In this document: positions 12,563 to 26,300 of the stretch, in pieces
How positions within the stretch are numbered: the stretch's first letter is position 1
Layout of the letters: each line of letters begins with the position of its first letter
Origin: Geosiphon pyriformis uo1
Lineage: Eukaryota; Fungi; Glomeromycota
Length of the DNA: 64,000 bases
Direction of reading: 5' to 3'
NCBI GenBank assembly: GCA_016748015.1
Contig: JAAOMT010000786.1
Span: 685,814-749,813 of the forward strand
Translations under genes and position numbers: made by a program
The notes under the pieces: model-generated
Database searches by the model: none
What the model was told of the DNA's origin: nothing
The model's input: the letters and a program-made list of their open reading frames with translations, nothing else

Positions 12563-14589
12563 TCAAATTTTTTTTTGTTCAAGACCTATTCCCCATAAAT
12601 CACTAAAACTTGGAGTTCTAATTGGTGAGGCGGTTCTCGTCGGTGAGAAAATATTGTCCATTTTTGATCCATCAAAAAATTCGGAATCTTGTCCCGCTAA
12701 TATTACCACTGGTTTATTGATTCTTTTGCTATTTATCGAATCAATTTTCAGAGACTTATGTGAAGAATAAGATAATACAGAAAATTGTTTGTTCTTCGAA
12801 TCAAAATCTGAAAAGGGTATTGGTATTGGGGAGGAAATGGTGGTAACTGAATTTAAAGAATTCAGGGGGATTTTGCTGGAAGGAAATTTTGGGGATAATG
12901 GTGTCTTCAGAGTTGACATTGGGCTGTCACGTTCTGCCGACGACAATGATGATAATGATGTTGATGAGTAAGACGATAATGTTGTTGATGATGTTGATGA
13001 AAGAGTTCGAGAGCTAGAACTATCATCAGGAGATAAAAATGATGAATTACTAGTCCGTGATTCTGATGGTGTAGGCTTTGAAGGGCTTCTTAAATGTGAA
13101 ATTGACTCTGAAATAGGATCAAGAATTTTTGGTGTTGTGGGAGATGATGAGCTACTAGTGGGTGATAATTGTAGGGATGCAGTTAATGGTGGTAACGTCG
13201 AAAGAGGTGACATTGGTGGGGCAATGGTTGCGGTGATGACATGAAATCTTCCCGTTCCTCCTTTCACGGTGACTTGAGGTTGTGTAGATGAGAAAAAATT
13301 TTCAAAACCTGGTCCAGGTGTTCTCGGTGGCGAATCATTGTAATTATGAGCGGTATTTGGATTAGTTCGATGAAGACTAGCACTTCGACGATGATGGTTC
13401 CCCAAAAGTAATTCACTCTCAATACTTGAGCTACGAGAATGTGATTTGATCGATTCGCTGCCGCCACCACCATTCTTAATTGATACACCATTATTCATGA
13501 TCGAATTGTTATTCACTACGTTCAATTTCAAAGATTTTTCAAAGTCCACCAATTGATAAACTAAACTCATATTCGGACTAATATAGGAACTACGATCCTT
13601 GACAAATTCGTAAGCTTGATTAAGGGTCATTCGATTGGCTTTCATGGCATAAGCAATGACCAAAGATGCAGATCTTGAAACACCACATTGACAATGCACC
13701 AATATGTTTCTTCCAGCACTTATAGCTTCATCGATATAAGCGAAAGCCGAAATAAAATCAGCAATCAAGTTTTCTTGATTATGAGTCCAAAAAAACTTTT
13801 TATATTCTAAGGATTTGAATTCTTTGGTCGCGGGAACAATCAAAGGATTTCCGGACGCTAAAGCATTTTGAGCAAATGTCAATGAGACTGAATTTGGACG
13901 AGAAATCAGAGCTGATGATCTCTTGTTTGAAGTTGTTCTTTTAACGAGAAATGGTGAATTTGGAGGAATTGGTGAATCGAGATTCAAGGGAGTGGGCGTA
14001 CTGTTTAGGGATGAAGTTGTCGTTTGATAGCTATCATCAGAAGAAACGGATGAAGAAGTTGACAAGCCGGGTGATATTTCATGATTATGATTATGATTAT
14101 GATTATGATTATGATCATCATCATCATCATCATCATCATCATCGTTACGAGAACTAACACCGGCAATTTCGTTCATGTAGGGAACCTCGACCTCTTTACC
14201 CACATTCAGAATGAATTCAATGTTTAATCGATTAAGCATTGAACGATTAGCGGCATTCAATTCGGTCCCAAGATAGAGATTTGGCAAGATACATATTGGT
14301 TCCTCTTTATAAGGAAAATCTTCACCAATGTCATTCTCTGTTCTTGAAATTAATGACATCGGATCTACTGGAGATTGTAAATATGAACCATGGTCTGAAG
14401 GTTTATTTTGATACACACATATAGGTGTTGAAGGACGTCTATTATGTGTAATACCAGTAGCAGATTGTGGAATCTGTGGTGAATTAGGTGCAGATATTGA
14501 TGATCGAACTGGAGGCACAATCAACTGAAGATTTTTCATATTTTTTCGACCTTTTGATAAAGGAGGGCCATTCGGTTTTCTCAAAATGC

Positions 14590-14623
<34 letters not shown>

Positions 14624-14944
14624 ACTATTATGAACTGGAACGAAAGTAACAGCATGAGTTTCAAGTTTGGCGTCGAGTGGAGTAATAGCGTGATAACTAT
14701 CCCTTTTGGAGTAGGCTTCATAGTTATCTCTATTGTTGTAACTTGTTTCGTAGCTATCCCGTTTATTTGATAAATCATTGACGTTTGCCCATGTGGGTGA
14801 AATCCCAGGACCAGCGGCCATTGCCATTTTTTTATGTAAGGAAATATCGGCAGATATTATTCCTGTTGGATTATGTTGAGAAGTTTCAATGGTAAGAACT
14901 TGATTAGAGTCAAACGGATAAGATCTTTTTAGCGTGGTGTTCAT
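12563..14944 (-). CDS. Dual-specificity MAPK phosphatase (Msg5/Sdp1/Pmp1-like), intronless, 793 aa
   Basis: PICILPNLYLG, catalytic VHCQCGVSRSASLVIAYAM, AYEFVKDRSSYISPNMSLVYQL; N-terminal D-motif-like RKNMKNLQL; poly-N, poly-D, (HN)n and S/P-rich tail. Confidence 0.92.
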
Positions 14945-15519
14945 GTAAAAAAAGTAGAAAATCTTTTTTGTGCGAGATCACACTAGATCCAAAGCAAGAG
15001 TCTTGTGCTGAGAGTACTTTTTTGTCTTCTTGATCGTAATACGTGTTCCTCTTGAAAAATCTAGTTTTAGAACTATTGTTTTTTTTTTTTTGGTTGACCT
15101 TCTTCCGTGTACAAAGGTGTGATACTGGTTTGGTGTTATTTTTGGGTCGTTTCGTGCGGTTGCTGTTGGTACCAGACTAACGAGAAGAAGACATATAAGT
15201 TTGTGTAAAAGGTAAAGGTAGAAGGTAAAGAAAGTTTACACAAATATGTTAGAGTTTTGATCAGACCAGCTGTATCAAAGTTATCTAATTAATTTATTTA
15301 TTTTTGCCAAAAAAACTATAGTACAATATGAACCAACATCCAAAAGAAAACCACTTTTCTCAATTACTAAAATATTATTGTTCAAAGAACAATAAATATC
15401 AAAGAATAAAAAAAACTAGTAAACTTTTAAGTTTGTTTCAGGTTAAAGAAATAGGTTAAAAAAAAATATTTTTTTTTATTCCAAGTAGGTGGGGATAATA
15501 ATATTGTTGAACTTAAAAA

Positions 15520-16285
15520 AGAAAAGGAAAAGGATAAGGAAAAGGAAAAGGAAAAGGAAAGGGAAAGGGAAAGGGAAAGAGAAAAGAAAAAGAAACACGA
15601 AAGTTTAATAATATTAATAAAACCAGTAAAAAACCGGTTCAAAAAAAATCTCAAACGTGAAAAGGGAAAAAAAATCTTGAGACACTGAAAGGAGGTTGTG
15701 TGTGTATATGTATTATGTCTACGTCTGGAAGTAGGAGGGGAGGATAACTAAAAAGTAAAAAAAGCGGTGAGGAGTAAGTAGTTAAAAATAAAAGGTTTTA
15801 GAAATTTTTTAAAGAATGAATTAATGAAATCCGATTGATTATTTTAAATGAGTGAATATATATCGTAACCACCAAATATGGTTTAAGGAGAGTGCGTAAT
15901 AAAATAAACCGAAGGTGAACGGATAGAAGAAGAGGAAGAGGAGGAAGTGAAAGAGGAAGAGGAGGAAGTGAAAGTGGAAGAGGAAGAGGAAGTGGAAGAG
16001 GAAAAGGAAGAGGAAGAGGAAGAGGAAGAGGAAAAGAAACTGAATAATAAATTTTGAATGGAGTAACTTGAGTTATTCCCTCACAGAATAAAAAAAAGAT
16101 AACGACTCAAAAAGTAATAAATTGTAGGTAATATGGTACAAAGAGTAATGTTAAAGACAAAGTTCTTTTTTTGAGTTACATATAATTTTAATTGAAAAAA
16201 GAAAAAGTCTAAATATAACTAATGATAATTGTAATAGCAGCAATTGTAATAATAAGGGTAAATTTGTAATGTTTCACAGACATAG

Positions 16286-16330
<45 letters not shown>

Positions 16331-16479
16331 TATACACATACGAGATACAAAAAATAAAACGATTCTTGAAACGTGAAATAAAAATTCAAGGAGAATGAGG
16401 AGAAAAAAATTCGGCTAAACAAAGATTTGTAAATACTTTTTTTTTTAAATAGTTATTCCCATTTCTTCTTACCTTTAAA

Positions 16480-16512
<33 letters not shown>

Positions 16513-17720
16513 CTTCCTTTGCTCCGTTCAAATATTCAGGATGAGTTTGAATTTTTTTTTGTGTGTGTATGTGTGTGTGATTTAGGAAGAAAGAAGGATA
16601 ATAGTAAAATGATTATTAGTTTGATTCGTTGATTGATTGATTGATTAATTGATTGATTGGTTGATTTCACTGTCCTCCAAAAAAAAAAAAAAAAAATGAT
16701 TTTTTTTTTTTTTTTTTTTTTTNNNNNNNNNNNNNNNNNNNNNNNNNNNNNNNNNNNNAAAAAAAAAAAAAAAAAAATGATTTTTTTTTTCTCACAATTT
16801 ATCAAGGAGATTTGTTTCTTTTTATAATACCGTGATCCCTCTCTCTCTCTCTATATATCTCTCTCTCTTTCTCCATCTCCATCTCCGTTATTTAACTTTT
16901 TAAAAATTTATTTTTAGTAAAAATGAGATATCGATGAATATGTAATTAAAAATTTATAAATACGGTTAGATTGTGGCAAAATAATAAATTCTCATTTATT
17001 TCGCTTAAATTATTTAGTCATGAATCGAAAAAGGGATTTATTGATTGTTTCTTTTTTTATATTTTTAAATTTTATTTTTAAATTTTATCATCATGGGTAA
17101 TTGACAGTACCTATCTTGAGGAATTTCTATTTTTTTGGTGTGTGACCTTTTTACAGATGTTTGTGTGTTCTTGTATGTTCAAATAAAAATAATTTTTTTT
17201 TATAGAACATACGTATACGTATATCATCTATCTATGTATGTTTTTATGTGTATATCATATCATTTATGTGTATATCATATCATTTATGTATATATCATCT
17301 TTCTATCTATATATAATATATGTATAACGTGTTCTATCTATGAATACCATTAAAATAATATGTATAATTTAAATATTACACATCCTTATCACTTTATTGT
17401 ACAAACATACATACATACATACATACATACATACATACATACATACATACATACATACCTACATACATATATATATACATTCATTCATTCATTCTTTAAT
17501 TCATTTACTATGAGATGAGATCTATTCTTTTGTTGAAACATACTTAGAATGTTATTTATAATAATCATAACCATTTTATTCATATTCATATTTTATAGAT
17601 CATTCGTCTTTTTTTTTTGTTTTATGTGTGTTTATTTATTTATTATTTATTATTTATTATTTATTATTTATTATTTATTATTTATTATTTATTATTTATT
17701 TGTCTGTCTGTTCGTTTGTT
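15520..17720. repeat. Microsatellite-rich region upstream of the phosphatase gene: (GGAAAA)n, (GAGGAA)n, (CA)n, (AAT)n, (TACA)n, (TTATTTA)n; small N gap at 16723-16758
   Basis: Simple repeats read directly. Confidence 0.9.
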
Positions 17721-18271
17721 TTTTTGTTTGTTTATACCACTTTTTTAAATGGTTTTTTTTAAAATAGTTTTTTATTTTACATTTAACTTTTTTAAAACTA
17801 TATTCTAATTTAAATTATTAAATTTAAATTTTCTATTTTAAAAAATTTTATTGAGAAAAAATGTTATTTTAATTTGTTTATTTGTTTGTTTTTTTGATGT
17901 GTTTTTGGTTTTACCATTTTTATTCAGAAAATTAATTAAAAAATTTTTTTTTAAAAATTATAATTATTATACATCATAATTAGATGTAATGTTTTTTATG
18001 AAAATTATATATATTTTTTTTTTTAATAATAATAATAAAAACTTGTTTAAAAATTTAAAATTTTTTATTTTATTTTATTAAACTTTAATTAAAAAAATTA
18101 TTTTTATATATTAAAACAGTTAATAATATATATTTTTTAATAATTTATTAATATTTTAATTGTTTTTTATAAATTGTTTATATTGTTTAATTCAATTTAT
18201 TAAAAAAAAATTTAACTTAATTTATTTTTTTAAAATTTAATATACAATTTATTTTATTATTATTATTATTA

Positions 18272-18304
<33 letters not shown>

Positions 18305-18679
18305 TAATAATACTATAATATTAAATACTATTAATAATACTACTAAATAACATAATTATATTATTAATTATATAAATTTATTTTATAATATACAAAAAAA
18401 AAATTATAAAATTATTATTATTATTTGTTTTTAAACAAAATTTAGTTTAAAATTTATTTAAAAAATTATAATTAACTTTTATTAAAAATACAAAAAATAA
18501 ATTAAACTATTAAAAAACTATTAAATTATTATATTAAAATTTTATTAAAATTTTTTTAATTAACTATTAGAAAAGTATAATTTTTAAATATTTAATTTAA
18601 AAAATAAAAATAAAAAAGTTATTAAAAAATTATAAAATAATAATTATAAATTATAATATTATTATTTAAATATTTAACT

Positions 18680-19849
18680 AATATAAATTTTTTTTATTAT
18701 ATTTTAATAAAATATGTTTAAATACCATCTAAAACAATAAACCAAACTAAATAACTTAAATTATATATTTTTTATATATTTTTTATATATAATTAACTAT
18801 TTAATTCAGTTAAAACATTAATTAAATTAAATTAAATTAAATTAAATTAAAAGAAGCCAAAAGTAAATTTAACTTATTAAGTTTTTTAATAATAGTATTT
18901 AAATTTCTAGAATTAAAAATAAAATTATTAAAAACCAATCTAGTTTTTTTAATACTACTTTTAATTTTAGAATTATATATTTGTTATAAAGCAATTATAC
19001 AATTATATGTTTTTTTATTTAAAAAAAATGTTTTAACAATACTATATTTATTTTTATTCATATTACTAAATTTAACTTTAGCTTTAAAACTAACAAAGTT
19101 TTTAAAAATATTAAGTATAATAAACAAATTTTTTTTAACTTTGTAATTTTTACACATATTTTTAGACAAAAAAAAATAACTTAAGTAATTAAAAAACCAA
19201 TAGATTTAACAATAAATTTTATTAAAGCAATCAAACTTAAGATTTGAAATTTCAAGAAATTTAATCTAAATTTAATAACAAAATTAACAATAAAAACAAT
19301 TAAAAAAGCAGCAAAAAAAAACCAAAAAGACAAAAATTATAATATAAGTCTTATTATTAATAAAAAATAATATTAAAAACTTAAAATTAACAACAAACTT
19401 AAAAAACAACTTAAAAAAAAAGATAAAATATCTTATAATTAACAAACAAATAATTTAAACTTTAATATTTATAATAATAATAACATTTAAAAATTTTTTA
19501 TTAAATATAATATTTATATAAAGTACTAATTTTAACAATAGTAAAATTTAAAACTTTACAAAAGTCAAATATTACAACAACAAAATATTAACAATAATAA
19601 AAATTAGAAAAATAAAAAATAAAACAAATATAATTACCAATCTAAAAAATTATATTACTAATTTTAAAGATAATATAACTAAAAAAAATTAATTAATTTA
19701 ATCTTAAATGAATTATGTAAAATAATAACTTTTTTTTGATTAATAAAAAAAAAAATTCAAATATTATTTTTTTAATTAATATAGACCAGTTATCAAAAGC
19801 AATTGCAATAAAAAAAAAGTTCTTAAAAAAAACAATAATATATTATTAC
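18680..19849. repeat. Degenerate AT-rich dispersed repeat, copy B (inverted copy of 1050-2230), abutted by an LTR at 19850
   Basis: Reverse complement aligns with copy A; more AT-eroded. Confidence 0.85.
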
Positions 19850-20135
19850 TATTACAAATAAACTTAATAAAGTATATTTATAATATTTGATATTTGTAAT
19901 TTACTGTTGAAAACAGTTTGTAGATTAAATAAAATTGTTTTAAATTATATTGTAAATTATTAGTTTTTAAAAATTTTTTCTGTTTAATATTCTATTTGTT
20001 AAGTTTTTTGGTTATAAAACATAAAAATATAATTTTTCTAATTATATTGTTCTTATTATATTTTTTTCTAAGTTACTAAATACAATTATTAGAGTTTGGT
20101 ATTGTTTTTTTGTTTTTTTGTTAAGTTAACAAAAT
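19850..20135 (-). mobile_element. Left part of a decayed family-3 LTR, split by LINE-A (continues at ~36836)
   Basis: TATTACAAATAAACTTAATAA matches TGTTACAAGTAAACTTGGTGG at 61489; colinear up to ...TTAAGTTAACAAAATAAA. Confidence 0.75.
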
Positions 20136-22379
20136 AAATAAATTTTAAAAAACTTCTTTCTCTGTTACCTTCAAAAATCCTTAAAAAAGCCCATTTTTTA
20201 AAAAAGAAGTTTTTTGTTTTCTCTTATTAGTTTTTCAATATTTCTTTAAATAATAACCCTTTTGTCGTGGATTTAAAGGCTGCTTCAAACAGTAATATGT
20301 CTAAAAAAAAGGTGCTCAAGGGTGCTTTTTATGGTTCTGCTGGTGGCTCTTTTTTCCAGAAGAAGAGAGTGGTCCTGAGTAATATTAAACACTTGAATAA
20401 TGAAAAAGACATTTTTTTGAACAAGTCTGATTATGATAGCATGTATTTGGATTTGAAGAGTAAATCCAGTAGTGGAGAAGACAATATTATCATAGAAAGT
20501 GTCGACAGTAGGTCTCTTTTGGGCTCAGCAGCTAATACTTCTAAGGTAAAGAAAGTGAATACTGGTATTGTTTTTGGATCTCTTCTTGGTTCTCTTAATT
20601 ATAGTATGGATGATAATAAAGTTGTGCTTCTTTCTTGCTTGCCCATCTTTTTAGAAAAGAAATGGATAGATCCGAAGATCATCAAAACTCCAGTGAAAGT
20701 GTTGGTTAAGAAATTGTTTACTTTGGATATTAATCTTTCAGTAGTAGAAGGCAAATCTGCCACAGCAAAAACTCAGCTTATTAGAAAAATTTTTTCAACA
20801 GTCAATAGTTTTGGGGGGGCCACTACCCCCTCAAAATTTGAAGGGATCATCCAATCTACCTTCACTTCCAAAAAAAGCATGAATATGACTGCGTTATTGG
20901 CCAGAGAAAAAGGAATTGTTGTAAACACTGATCTTAAGAAACAAGGAATTCATTTAGATTGGGCTGTAGTCATCAAAAAAATTCCCATAGATATGCCAAA
21001 GGAAATGATCGTCACTGCACTAGCCAAGTTTGGTGAAATTAAGTCAATCAAAATTTAACTTATTGGATTGTGGCAAAAAGCTGTGATAGAATTTATTAAA
21101 CTAAATCAGACTGAACAATTAACTGTTAAATAGTCTTTTTTGATTGAGAAAGATTCGGTGCAAGTGGCTATGGCTGTGGGGGATTGTGAAACATGGGCAT
21201 CAAGGGACTGGTTCAGGGCTTTGTTGTTTACTTTGCCTGTGGAGATGACTGCTCATGATTTGGGCACTCTTTTGGAAGGAGTTGGTGAGAAAACTTGTAT
21301 TTTAAATCGTTCATTGAATTCTGGCAATAAAATTCACTGTGCTGTGGTTGGCTTTGAATCTGAAGATGCAATGGAATTTGCTTATTGCACTGAGCCAATA
21401 TTTGGTGATATCAAACTATTTTGGGCTAGATTGGACTTGGTTTGCTGTTAAAAATGTGGTCATCTTAACCATTCTGCTCTGGAATGTAATACACTGATTC
21501 TGCCCATTGCCAAACCTTCAAAAATTGTTAAAAAAGTTGCTTCAGAAGTCTATCATTTTTAGCTAGTAAAATTGTATGCTAAAAAATGTGTTCCTATTTC
21601 TAGATCTGCTGCCTTTAGTAGCAAATCTTGGATGCAAGTGGTTTCACTTGCTTCTCCTTCTGGTAACCCCTATTTCAACTCTGGTTCTAGGTCTGATCCT
21701 TCTCCTTCTGGTTCTTTGGGTATTAAGGAAAGCATGCTGGTTGTTCAAGATAAATCTTCAATTAATGATCACTTAGCTTTACTCAAACATTCCTTAGAAT
21801 TACTAGCTGATCAGGTGTTAAGTATTATGCGTAGATTAAATGGTGTGGAACTGGTGCTCCTGGTGCCTATTATTCAAGTTGTACATTGACATCACCGGAT
21901 ACTGATATGGTTTTGAATGTCTCATGGCCATCTCTTCCCTCTTCTTCTTTAGTATTAGAAGACAAGATGGCAGATTTAGGTCTAAGCAGTTCAAAAGTTC
22001 TTATCTCCAAAGTTGGTGGTTTGGAATCCAAGATAATGGCTCTTGAAGTTTCTATTGGCTCAATCTTGGGGAAGTTAAATCTGTTGTATATAAATTTGGG
22101 TTCTCTGGTGCATTCTTTGCATCAATGAGTAAGCTTATTTGGAAAGTGGCTATGTGCAATATTAGAGATATGACAAATTTAGCTAAACAGGAAGACATTG
22201 TTTATTGGCATAAGGATTCAGGAAATATGATTTCCATTGTTACTGAAATGAAATTGAGGTCTGATATTAGACTTTGGATCAAGAATAAATTTGATGGACT
22301 TCGGGTTTTTACTTCTGATTTGGATGTTGAGTTTTGTGGTGCTGGAGTTGCCATAATTATGAACAATTCTTTGGCTCGG

Positions 22380-23362
22380 TGTTACCAGACAAAATTAGAG
22401 ATATTGTTTAGCATGAAATTATCCTTATTAATCTTATCATTAATTAGCATATATTATCGTTTCAAATTATCACTTATTACATTAGCAAAATATATCTGAA
22501 ATTATCATTTAATTAATAACCCAATTTGTACATAACACAAATGTAACCTAATTGTGATGATCAATCATGCAATACCCTGAACTATGTAACATTCAAAAAG
22601 TTCACCAAAATTTGTAAGAAATTTGTTGAAATAATTGATAGTTCGCCAAAATATCTAATAGTTCGCAGAAATAACTTGTAGTTCACCGAAATGTATCTTT
22701 AGTTCAGCGAAATTATAGAAAATAGCAAAGTTCAAGTTCATAGAATAGTGTTATGACAAGTTGTATAAAAGAAGAGCTTCTCTCTTTGAGAAAATATATT
22801 TTATTTTAGATTTATCTCTTAAAACCATTCCTACACACACAAAAAAAAATAAATATCAAATAATTTGAAAAACCAAATTCTTTAATTATTGTACTTGAAA
22901 AATCCCCAAAACCCAACTAACATTTTGAAATTGATTAGCTACCAATTTCAGTAAACTGTTAGTGACTCCAGGCCTGGATAGAAAACGTTTCCCTTGATAA
23001 AATCCTATTTCTTTTATATTTCTTTTATTTTTCTTTTCTTTTTTCATTACAATCATTAGGGTAGCTTACAGACAAGATTCCTGTAGAAGAGTTAACTTTC
23101 ACAGCAAAGTAACTACACATTTTTAGTGAGCTTCCAGACAAGCAATTCCTGGGAAAGAGTTGACATTTACTACAACGTAACTACATAAAATAACTTGCAA
23201 GAAATTGGCTATTCTACTTATAAGTCCAGCAGTTCGAATTATAGAAGATAATTTGAAGATAAATTCAGTTACTGGAGGTTCAACCACATCCAGAAAACGT
23301 GAATTCACAGCAAACAGGCATTAACAACATTTAAGAAAAGAGACCAAAAACCTCTGGTAACA
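22380..23362 (+). repeat. Gypsy-1 5' LTR
   Basis: Direct repeat of 31286-32268; 10-bp terminal inverted repeat TGTTACCAGA/TCTGGTAACA; TATAAAAG near 22764. Confidence 0.96.
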
Positions 23363-23364
23363 TT

Positions 23365-23375
23365 TGGTGCTCTCC
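23365..23375 (+). other. Primer-binding site TGGTGCTCTCC (complementary to a tRNA ending ...GAGAGCACCA; elongator Met or Ile(UAU) plausible, unresolved)
   Basis: 2 nt after the LTR end; same core sequence in Gypsy-2 (53201-53211, minus) and decayed at 38161. Confidence 0.8.
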
Positions 23376-23376
23376 C

Positions 23377-26300
23377 ATGGAAACAACACAGCAAAAACAA
23401 ATTCAAAGTGGTGACCACACCAGATGCAACAACTCTAGAGTACTACCAGTCAATTTACACCCACTGCAAGCAAAGATTCAACATTCCAGATGGAATTGAA
23501 GTTGTCAAGAAATCAGTATACCAATACATTGAAAACTGCATCAACAATTATCTTTTTGGAAATTACAATATCTCAGAAGTTAAAAGCAACCTTTACAATA
23601 ATTTAGCACACTATTTACAGTTGGAAACTGAAAACTTTAACAGTGAAACACTTGCCACTTACTTTCAAGAACTTAATTTTAACATTATCAAGTACTGTGA
23701 AGAAACATATCCAGTGCAGTCTCAATATTCTATTGATTTTGAATTGGAAACAGAAACAAGCAACAAAGGCAAACACAAATTGAAGCAATACTCAAAAACC
23801 ACCCCAAATACTCCAATACTACCAAAAACAACTGCCAAACACTTACAAACACCTGAACAAAGAACAAGTTCAAAACTCCCACTCACCATCACACCTTTTT
23901 TAGCTTCACTTGCACAAGCACAAACACCTAATTTACCCTTGAATTGATTTGCGAGACCAGAAAATTTTACATCACTCAGAAGTTCTACCAGACAGCAAGA
24001 ACCCCTTCAAACTAGTTCCAATCTTCTTGATTTTCTAGCTGAAAATCAAAGTAAACACTCTGAGACAATAGCAAATGAAGAAAACAACTCTGAAATAACT
24101 GAAGAAGAATCAATCGACAGTGAAAACGAAGAAGACAAAATGACAGCATACATCACAAAAATCTCTGAATTTAATGGAGAAAACATTAAGACCAGTCCCC
24201 AAGAATGACTCAATTAAGTTATTAAAGCTGGAAATACAAATGAATGGAATGCTGCCAGAATGTTAAGAACAATTCCCTACTTTCTCAAAGGAACAGCAGA
24301 AGAATGGTTTGAAAACTTGGCCACTCCATTCAATGATTGGGATGCTTTCAAAGCAGCCTTCCTTGAACAGTTTACCAACAATAATACCTCCATCACCTTT
24401 TGAAATCGGTTTCACAATATCAAACAAGAATTCTCCAAATCTGTTATGACTTATATTGGGAAATTCAACAAACTTCTCAGACAAATTCGCCAACTTGAAA
24501 CAAATGATTATTATTCTGATGCTCAAATCTTGGATTAATTTATCGCTAGTTTAAAGGATAAACTGATTAAAAAGATTTGTCTACATGTCCCAAAAGATTT
24601 AAACTCTGCCATTCAGCATGCAAAAAAATATGAAATGGCCATGGAAGAAGCCAATCATACAAAACTTGTGAACTTAGCCATTGGAGAAACCAGCTCAGCA
24701 GCTAAAGAGAAAATTGACCAACTTGCAAAAAAAGTCGAAAACTATTTCACCAATCAACAACAACAGCAACTCCAAAGATATCAACCACCCCAAAGACAAA
24801 ATCAAAATAACTTTGCACCACTTTCTAATAACCAGTCTCAGAATTGCCATTACTGTGGAATCTCTGGCCACTAGAAAAGAGATTGCAGAAAGCTACAATG
24901 AGACCAACAAAATAGGAATAATCAATGTTATCCTTCACCACAGCAATCTTATTATCAACTACCACCACCAGCTCACTATCTACCAAGACCCCAATACCAA
25001 AATAACTATTATCAGCCCACCCCACAGCCAATCCAACAGCAATACCAACAACCATCCACACAATATTATCAAGTACCTGCTTGAAAACTGATTACACAAA
25101 ATCAATTCACACCACAAAACCAATACCAAGTAAACAACAATAAAATCAGTTTGAACAACCAATTGGTTCCCCAAAATTCCACTCAACCAAGACCCAACCA
25201 CTATCACACTCAACCCAGTTATCTAACAATGCCAGAAGAACAGGATTTTCACCATACTGCACCCTCGGAAGGTAGAGCTGCAGCACAACAACAAAATCCT
25301 TCCTATACTCCCATCACAATCCTACCAGCCAGAATCACTGAAAACCCCAACCTTTCAGATATATTCCCTTTTGAGTTTGAAGCAAATGAGTCACCATTCC
25401 TGCTTAGCAATACAGCCGCCAACAAACAAAAAACAATTACAGCTATGTATACTGAAGCAGAAGTTGAAGGAAAAACAATTCACTTGATCCTAGACAGTGG
25501 ATCCGCCGGAAGCATTATCACCTACTAGTTAATACAACAGTTGAAGAGAAATGTCAACCGATCAGCTCAAACAGTAATTGTCACTGCTGATAGCATGAAA
25601 AAGACCCCAGTAGGAGAAATTGACAATTTTCCGTTTACTCTTGATGGAATCACCATTCCAGTCAAAGTTTTTGTAATGGACGCACTTCAGTATCAAGCTC
25701 TTGTTAGAAATGATTGGCTCCAAAAAACCAATGCAAAATTAGACTGGAAAACCCAAGAATTACAACTCTCCCATCAAGGACAACATACCTGAGTACCCAC
25801 TACTTGTGATACATTCAACAAATGCTCTGAGAAAGCCTCGGCTTTTGAATTCAAACTGGAAGAGGAAAAACCCATCATTGAAACGTTTATGACACTTGGA
25901 TCAACCTCCAATTGGGCTGATGAAACTGAACAACAGTACTTTTCAACAAATGATTCTCTTGAAACAAAAGAACCAGTAACAACTGGATGGAATGTCCCCT
26001 ATTCAAAACCAGAACCACGAAAACAATGCCCTTACATTCTACTCAAATGCAAAGATTGCCACAAAAAACTCTTATCAATGGGAGCCTACATTTTACCTGA
26101 AGAAGAATATGAAAATCATACTTGTTATTACTGCAAAACTTGTCACAGAAAACGATAGAGCCATCTAATAAAAAGAAGTGGAAAATGGGACAACACCTCT
26201 TGTTTGACTTGTGGAGATATGCTACCAAAAGAATGCAATTGGATTGATGTAGCAATAAGAGGAGGAGTCTGTAATCAGACCTGCCAATATGCTTTATCAA

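Noticed and set aside
16679-16790. A-run/TGA/T-run hairpin duplicated on both sides of a small gap
   Set aside because: Most likely overlapping contig ends at a homopolymer (assembly artefact).
15427-17767. Short hydrophobic ORFs (15427, 16219, 17135, 17549; similarly 39647, 60548)
   Set aside because: Translations of microsatellite or AT-rich DNA with no coding signature.
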